NCBI RefSeq assembly: GCF_000328665.1
Contig: NC_019977.1
Coordinates: forward strand, 2,100,011-2,164,010
Length of the DNA: 64,000 nucleotides
Reading direction: 5' to 3'
Origin: Methanomethylovorans hollandica DSM 15978
GTDB taxonomy: Archaea > Halobacteriota > Methanosarcinia > Methanosarcinales > Methanosarcinaceae
Made by a program: the position numbers and the translations under genes. The first letter of the stretch is position 1. Each line of letters begins with the position of its first letter. The notes beneath the pieces were generated by a model. It did no database searches and was not told the DNA's origin. It saw only the letters and a program-made list of their open reading frames with translations. Below, piece by piece: positions 60,399-64,000 of the stretch.

Positions 60399-61514
60399 TT
60401 ACTTTTCAAGACAATGGAGTATGTCTGCCGGATTATATCGAGTTTTTATGATCCTGGTCCTTCCACGCATGCCCTTTCCAGAAAAATCTGCATCTATATA
60501 CTGCAAAGCGTTAAGTTTCTGTACCAGCTCATAGAAGCGAGTGTATCCAAGTTGCGTGATTTCATGGAATTCCTTGTAAAGTTCCCCTGTTTGAGGGTCC
60601 TTGCCCTGAGCTATTAGACGTAGCAATGTTTTCTCATGTTCATTAAGGGAAACTATGCTCCTGCACAGGTGTAAAAGTCGGGAAGCTTCGTATGCTTTTT
60701 CCACATCTTCTATAGAAACTGTACGACTTGCTTTTCTCTCTGCGTTCAGGCCAGCTCTCTTGAGCAGATCTATCCCTATGCGCAGGTCACCTGTAAGGTC
60801 TGTGTACTCAACTATCTTTTCCTGTACCTCAGAGGGTACAACATGTGGAAAGAATGCGTGGTACACCCTATTATTGATAATGTCCTGCAACTCACCATAC
60901 TCATACCTTGGAAAAGCGATCTCTTCCGGCAAAAAGACAGATCCGACCCTGGGATCGAACTTGTACATGGCACCAGTATCGCTCACAATAGCTATAACCC
61001 CGATACGTGCTCCTGTGTATTGTTCATGTGCTCTTAGGAGAGAGTACATAACCTCATCGGCATGACCTTCATGAAAAAGGTAGTTGATATCATCAAGGGC
61101 AACCACGAGTATCTTGTCAGAGGCTATAAGGTGGTTCACAACCTTCTGGAAAACTTTTCCGAAGGACACTCCCGAAGAAGGGGGAGAAACCTTTAGCAGA
61201 TTTTCATATATCTTAGCCATAACGGCAAAGCGAGTGGAATCTATCTGACAGTTGACCTTCACAAAGACTACATTCTTGACATGTTCCTGCAGCTCAGCGA
61301 ATACCTTTTTGATGGCTGTTGTCTTTCCGGTGCCCGGGGGACCGCTTATGAGACAGTTGAGAGGCCTCATGCCTCTTGCAGCAGGTCTGAGAGTAAATTT
61401 GAGTGACTGCAACTGGCTATCTCTGTGAGCAAAATATTCAGGAACATGATCTAGTTCAAGTATTTCGGGATTCCTGAAAATAGTTTCGTCCCACATTAAC
61501 ATGTCCTTGCTCAA
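60399..61514 (-). CDS. cdc6: Orc1/Cdc6-type replication initiation protein
   Basis: GPPGTGKT, VALDDINY, GDLRIGIDLL, wHTH ending GMRGRTR. Confidence 0.95.
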   Translation of the reverse strand: MSKDMLMWDETIFRNPEILELDHVPEYFAHRDSQLQSLKFTLRPAARGMRPLNCLISGPPGTGKTTAIKKVFAELQEHVKNVVFVKVNCQIDSTRFAVMAKIYENLLKVSPPSSGVSFGKVFQKVVNHLIASDKILVVALDDINYLFHEGHADEVMYSLLRAHEQYTGARIGVIAIVSDTGAMYKFDPRVGSVFLPEEIAFPRYEYGELQDIINNRVYHAFFPHVVPSEVQEKIVEYTDLTGDLRIGIDLLKRAGLNAERKASRTVSIEDVEKAYEASRLLHLCRSIVSLNEHEKTLLRLIAQGKDPQTGELYKEFHEITQLGYTRFYELVQKLNALQYIDADFSGKGMRGRTRIIKTRYNPADILHCLEK

Positions 61515-61614
61515 TCAGATGCCTCCTTGTTAATTAAGTAAATTACATTATATTAATATAAAATGTTGTTTCAATTAGTTATGAATAATCTATCTGAAAA
61601 TACGGTTCCGTATA

Positions 61615-62142
61615 TCAAAGGTATTTTCTCATCACAATAGCATCCGAATTAGCCATATCATTGAAAAATCCATGTATCCTTTTTGTTTCCCTGAAACCAT
61701 CGCTCTCATATATCTTTTTTGCAGGCATCCACTGAACTGAAACTATCAGGATCATGCTTGAAATATTGTATTTTTCAGTAACCTTGCTGGACAGTTCTGA
61801 AAACAATAGTTTTCCATATCCTTTTCCACGATACTTTTTAAGGATACCTATTGAAGAGACATACAGCTCTGACCCTGTAGCGTCATGGACACTGGTGATG
61901 CTGTGGCCCAGATAGAACATATCTTCCCTTACATTTTCCGAGTAATTCCAGATCTCTGAAGATATATATCCGCAAACATGCCCTGCTACTTCCAGGACCA
62001 GGAACCCATCTGGAAAAGTTGTGATGCGATCTCTGAAAACCGTTATGTCCTCATGCACATTCTCACAAAAAGATTCGTGTTCTATGTCCATAATATGCGC
62101 GATATCGTTTACTGTAGCACTCCGGACCAGTATATCTTGCAA
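61615..62142 (-). CDS. GNAT N-acetyltransferase
   Basis: YRGKGYGKLL, IYESDGF. Confidence 0.85.
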   Translation of the reverse strand: MQDILVRSATVNDIAHIMDIEHESFCENVHEDITVFRDRITTFPDGFLVLEVAGHVCGYISSEIWNYSENVREDMFYLGHSITSVHDATGSELYVSSIGILKKYRGKGYGKLLFSELSSKVTEKYNISSMILIVSVQWMPAKKIYESDGFRETKRIHGFFNDMANSDAIVMRKYL

Positions 62143-62190
62143 CTAACCACCCATCCAACACTATGTGATAGTATTCTTGTTAATATACTT

Positions 62191-63372
62191 TTACGCAACA
62201 AGTGTAGCTATATCTGAAACAGTTTCTACAAGTGCCTCTACTTCTTCCATAGTGTTATAGAGGGCAAAGGATGCACGTACTGTGCCTTTAAGACCAACAC
62301 TCTGTATTGCGGGCATGGCACAATGGTAACCACTGCGCACGCATATCTTACGTGTCTGGTCAAGTATAATGGCCACATCATGCGGATTCATTCCCCGCAC
62401 ATTGAAAGATACAACTCCTGCCCTGTTCTGAGGACCATATACCTGGACCTGAGGTATCTCGGCAAGCAGGGAAGCAGCTTTCTTTGCCAGTATTGTTTCA
62501 TGCTTTTCTATATCCTCAATGCCTGTATCCCGTACATATTCCACAGCTCTGCCAAGACCAATGACTCCGGGAATATTGGGTGTACCTGCCTCAAAGCGTG
62601 CAGGGCTTGCCTCTATCTGGTAACTGTCTATTGATACAGAACTAACCATGCCTCCACCTAAGTACATTGGTTCAATTGAATCAGGATCCCTGAGACAGAG
62701 AACACCAGTTCCCTGCGGGCCCAGTAATCCTTTGTGCCCCGGAGTTACCAGAAAATCCATACCTAATTCTTTTATGTTCAGCGGCATGTGTCCCGCGGAC
62801 TGGGAGGCGTCTATGAGCACCTGCGCACCATTTTTATGTCCGATTCTGGTAATCTTCCTGACATCCTGAATGGAGCCGAAAACATTGGTCACATGGTTGA
62901 CAGCCACCAGACGCGTGTTATCTTTTAGTGCTAGATCGATCTGCTCAGGTGCTACAACTCCTTCTTCATTGGCCTGTACAACTGTTACCTCTACTCCATG
63001 GTCACGTAACCTCAACCAGGGCAACAGATTGGAGTGGTGTTCCACAATGGATACGATCACATGGTCGCCAGGATGCCACTGCAGGCCGTACGCCACCATA
63101 TTTATACTTTCTGTGGCATTGCGGGTAAAAACAGTTCCAGTAACATCAGTATTAAGGAATGATGCAATTGTTTCTCTGGCATCTTCGTACTTATCGGTAG
63201 TCATCCGTGCAAGCCTGTGGGCTCCTCTGCCATGATTGGCGGCATATTTGTAAAAATATTCCTCCATGGCTTTTACTGCCGGCACAGGGGTCTGTGTTGT
63301 GGCAGCATTGTCCAGATATATAAATTCCTCAAGAAGAGGAAAATCCTTTCTTATTGCTGGGAGATCGTACAT
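62191..63372 (-). CDS. SufS-type (class V PLP) cysteine desulfurase
   Basis: YLDNAAT, EHHSN, DASQS, PGHK, RFEAGT, RSGYHCA; start placed at MYDL. Confidence 0.92.
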   Translation of the reverse strand: MYDLPAIRKDFPLLEEFIYLDNAATTQTPVPAVKAMEEYFYKYAANHGRGAHRLARMTTDKYEDARETIASFLNTDVTGTVFTRNATESINMVAYGLQWHPGDHVIVSIVEHHSNLLPWLRLRDHGVEVTVVQANEEGVVAPEQIDLALKDNTRLVAVNHVTNVFGSIQDVRKITRIGHKNGAQVLIDASQSAGHMPLNIKELGMDFLVTPGHKGLLGPQGTGVLCLRDPDSIEPMYLGGGMVSSVSIDSYQIEASPARFEAGTPNIPGVIGLGRAVEYVRDTGIEDIEKHETILAKKAASLLAEIPQVQVYGPQNRAGVVSFNVRGMNPHDVAIILDQTRKICVRSGYHCAMPAIQSVGLKGTVRASFALYNTMEEVEALVETVSDIATLVA

Positions 63373-63412
63373 GCGACCTAATACGCCAGCCTGTAAAAAA
63401 TAGTTTTGCAGG

Positions 63413-63568
63413 CTATTTTGCCTGAAGACCACCGACCATGAAACGGTACAGGTCCATATCTTCTGGATCAAGCCTGCCTTTTATGACCCCACCGACCACT
63501 GTATAGCAATCAGTGGATGAACGGCAGGAATCGTTTTTCCTACTTTTCTCTTGTGTTTTTGTATTCAT
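63413..63568 (-). CDS. 51-aa small protein of unknown function
   Basis: MNTKTQEKSRKNDSCRSSTDCYTVVGGVIKGRLDPEDMDLYRFMVGGLQAK*; SD GAGGTG upstream. Confidence 0.7.
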   Translation of the reverse strand: MNTKTQEKSRKNDSCRSSTDCYTVVGGVIKGRLDPEDMDLYRFMVGGLQAK

Positions 63569-63764
63569 ATTACACCTCATCTCTCTTTTTAGACAGGACA
63601 AGCCTTCTGGCATTATTATACACATAATAAACATATTTATTTTTGTGGGGCTTGCTGAGCCTCACATTTGTTTTTTAATATATAAATATTTAACGCTTAT
63701 TAAATATAAGAGATAAAATTGACGTCGAAAAACATATAATACATGCAGGAGAGTTTCGATACTA

Positions 63765-64000
63765 ATGCCTGAGATTATCATAGACGAATCACTTACCTAC
63801 ATAGAGGGAACCCAGCGTGTGTTCACGGAAGAGGAAACCCTTCAAAGGGTGCAGCCCCTGCTCAAGGATATTGGAGTGACCCGTATTGCCAACATCACCG
63901 ACCTCGACAAGATAGGCATACCCGTATTCTCCAGCATCAGGCCCAGCGCCGCTGAGGGTGCCATCTCAGTATACTCCGGAAAGGGAGCTAATGAGGTGCA
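63765..64000 (+). CDS. ycaO: YcaO-family McrA-glycine thioamidation protein (methanogenesis marker 1), 5' part only
   Basis: MPEIIIDESLTYIEGTQRV...IGVTRIANITDLDKIGIPVFSSIRP...ISVYSGKG; runs off the window. Confidence 0.9.
   Translation, partial: MPEIIIDESLTYIEGTQRVFTEEETLQRVQPLLKDIGVTRIANITDLDKIGIPVFSSIRPSAAEGAISVYSGKGANEV

Noticed and set aside
61515..61614. Replication origin next to cdc6
   Set aside because: Only about 100 bp of intergenic sequence and no recognisable ORB repeats
62140..62154. In-frame ATG GGT GGT TAG upstream of the GNAT TTG start, suggesting pyrrolysine readthrough
   Set aside because: Adds only 4 residues, and GGTGG is better explained as the SD for the TTG start
1..64000. 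CRISPR array, tRNA, rRNA, IS elements
   Set aside because: No regularly spaced repeats, cloverleaf motifs or transposase ORFs seen by eye; tRNAscan-SE, Infernal and ISEScan would confirm

Overview
Chromosomal window from a methanogenic archaeon, most likely Methanosarcinaceae. The assignment rests on a DUF1608-type S-layer protein, a PGF-CTERM protein, thermosome, Orc1/Cdc6, McrA-thioamidation-type ycaO and the archaeal modified mevalonate genes. Most of it is housekeeping and transport: S-layer protein, NitT/TauT and Zn/Mn ABC systems, a metallocluster-assembly cluster (Mrp, DUF134, radical SAM, MBL, hydantoinase-like, 2x NifX, 2x MinD-4Fe-4S), RND/TrmB operon, mevalonate operon, thermosome, cdc6, cysteine desulfurase and ycaO. 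The most notable element is an AT-rich single-gene island encoding an apparently intact AVAST type 4 (Avs4) NLR-like antiviral nuclease with an archaeal-type promoter. Other leads: a second STAND-like NTPase-TPR protein, a methyltransferase/D-Ala-D-Ala-ligase-like fusion, a start-less nrdD glycyl-radical-domain remnant absent from the ORF track, several decayed genes, candidate operator palindromes, and a small peptide gene between ycaO and a cysteine desulfurase. No rRNA, tRNA, CRISPR array or transposase was seen. All family assignments come from motif recognition by eye, not database searches.
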